Shown piece by piece: positions 63,661 to 64,000 of a stretch of DNA of 64,000 nucleotides. The stretch comes from Scenedesmus sp. PABB004 (lineage: Eukaryota), in assembly GCA_014905635.1 (NCBI GenBank), contig JABVCE010000005.1, forward strand, positions 1,488,001-1,552,000, in the 5' to 3' direction. The notes under the pieces are model-generated. The model did no database searches. It was not told the origin of the DNA and saw only the letters and a program-made list of their open reading frames with translations. Each line of letters opens with the position of its first letter. Position 1 is the first letter of the stretch. The position numbers and the translations under genes were made by a program.

Positions 63661-64000
63661 GAACCTCGCCTCGGCGGGCCCCGCCTGCTCGGCGTCGCCG
63701 GGCTGGCGGGCGGCGGCCGCGCGCGCTGTGCCCCGGGGGGGGGTTGGGGCGACGGCAAAGCCCCGGCGCGGCCGGCGCCGGGTGACCAGGGCGCTCCCCG
63801 GCGGCCGTGGAGCGACAGCTGACAGCCTGCAGCCCTGCGCCGAGCGCCGCCGACCCGCGCGCTGCTCTACAGCAGCAGAGGAGGCCCAGCCCACGCCGGG
63901 AGCGCTCGCCGGTTGCAGGCCGCGAGCCTGGAGCGGCAGGCCGAACTCTGCGCAAAGCCCGGCGGTGCGGGGCGGGGCACGGGGCCAGGCGCAGCGCGGG

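Overview
Eukaryotic nuclear DNA of very high GC content (about 80% by eye), intron-rich and gene-dense. I infer a chlorophyte green alga, plausibly Sphaeropleales/Scenedesmaceae-like, from a plastid-targeted phosphoribulokinase, flagellar/centriolar genes and GTGCGC-type splice donors. Reading exons by hand gives about 24 protein-coding genes. In order: unknown protein (5' truncated), BAH-PHD (EBS/SHL-like), RFC2, dsRBD-like protein, Elongin B-like, MAP3K-epsilon/Cdc15-like kinase, ARD, intronless membrane protein, divergent CK2-alpha, BTB protein, coiled-coil/RRM protein, DUF2256, DUF1206, two tandem PAP2 phosphatases, MCM5, fasciclin, NAA30, SEC22, a low-complexity protein, CFAP298, CCDC57, a dual-specificity phosphatase, PRK and a SET-MYND protein. 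Most ORFs in the supplied track are GC-driven shadow frames. I found no CRISPR array, rRNA, tRNA or intact transposon, and no clear-cut new multi-gene system. The most notable signals are these. (1) About 30% of introns use GC-AG boundaries, with an exonic AG before the donor. (2) A LINE reverse-transcriptase fragment sits antisense and frame-preserving inside the DUF1206 gene. (3) An RFC2 intron is flanked by a 16-bp direct repeat. (4) Two E2F/CDE-4nt-CHR-like modules lie upstream of MCM5. (5) Two ciliary genes form a head-to-head pair. All gene models are manual and lack transcript support; CDS coordinates run start to stop including introns.
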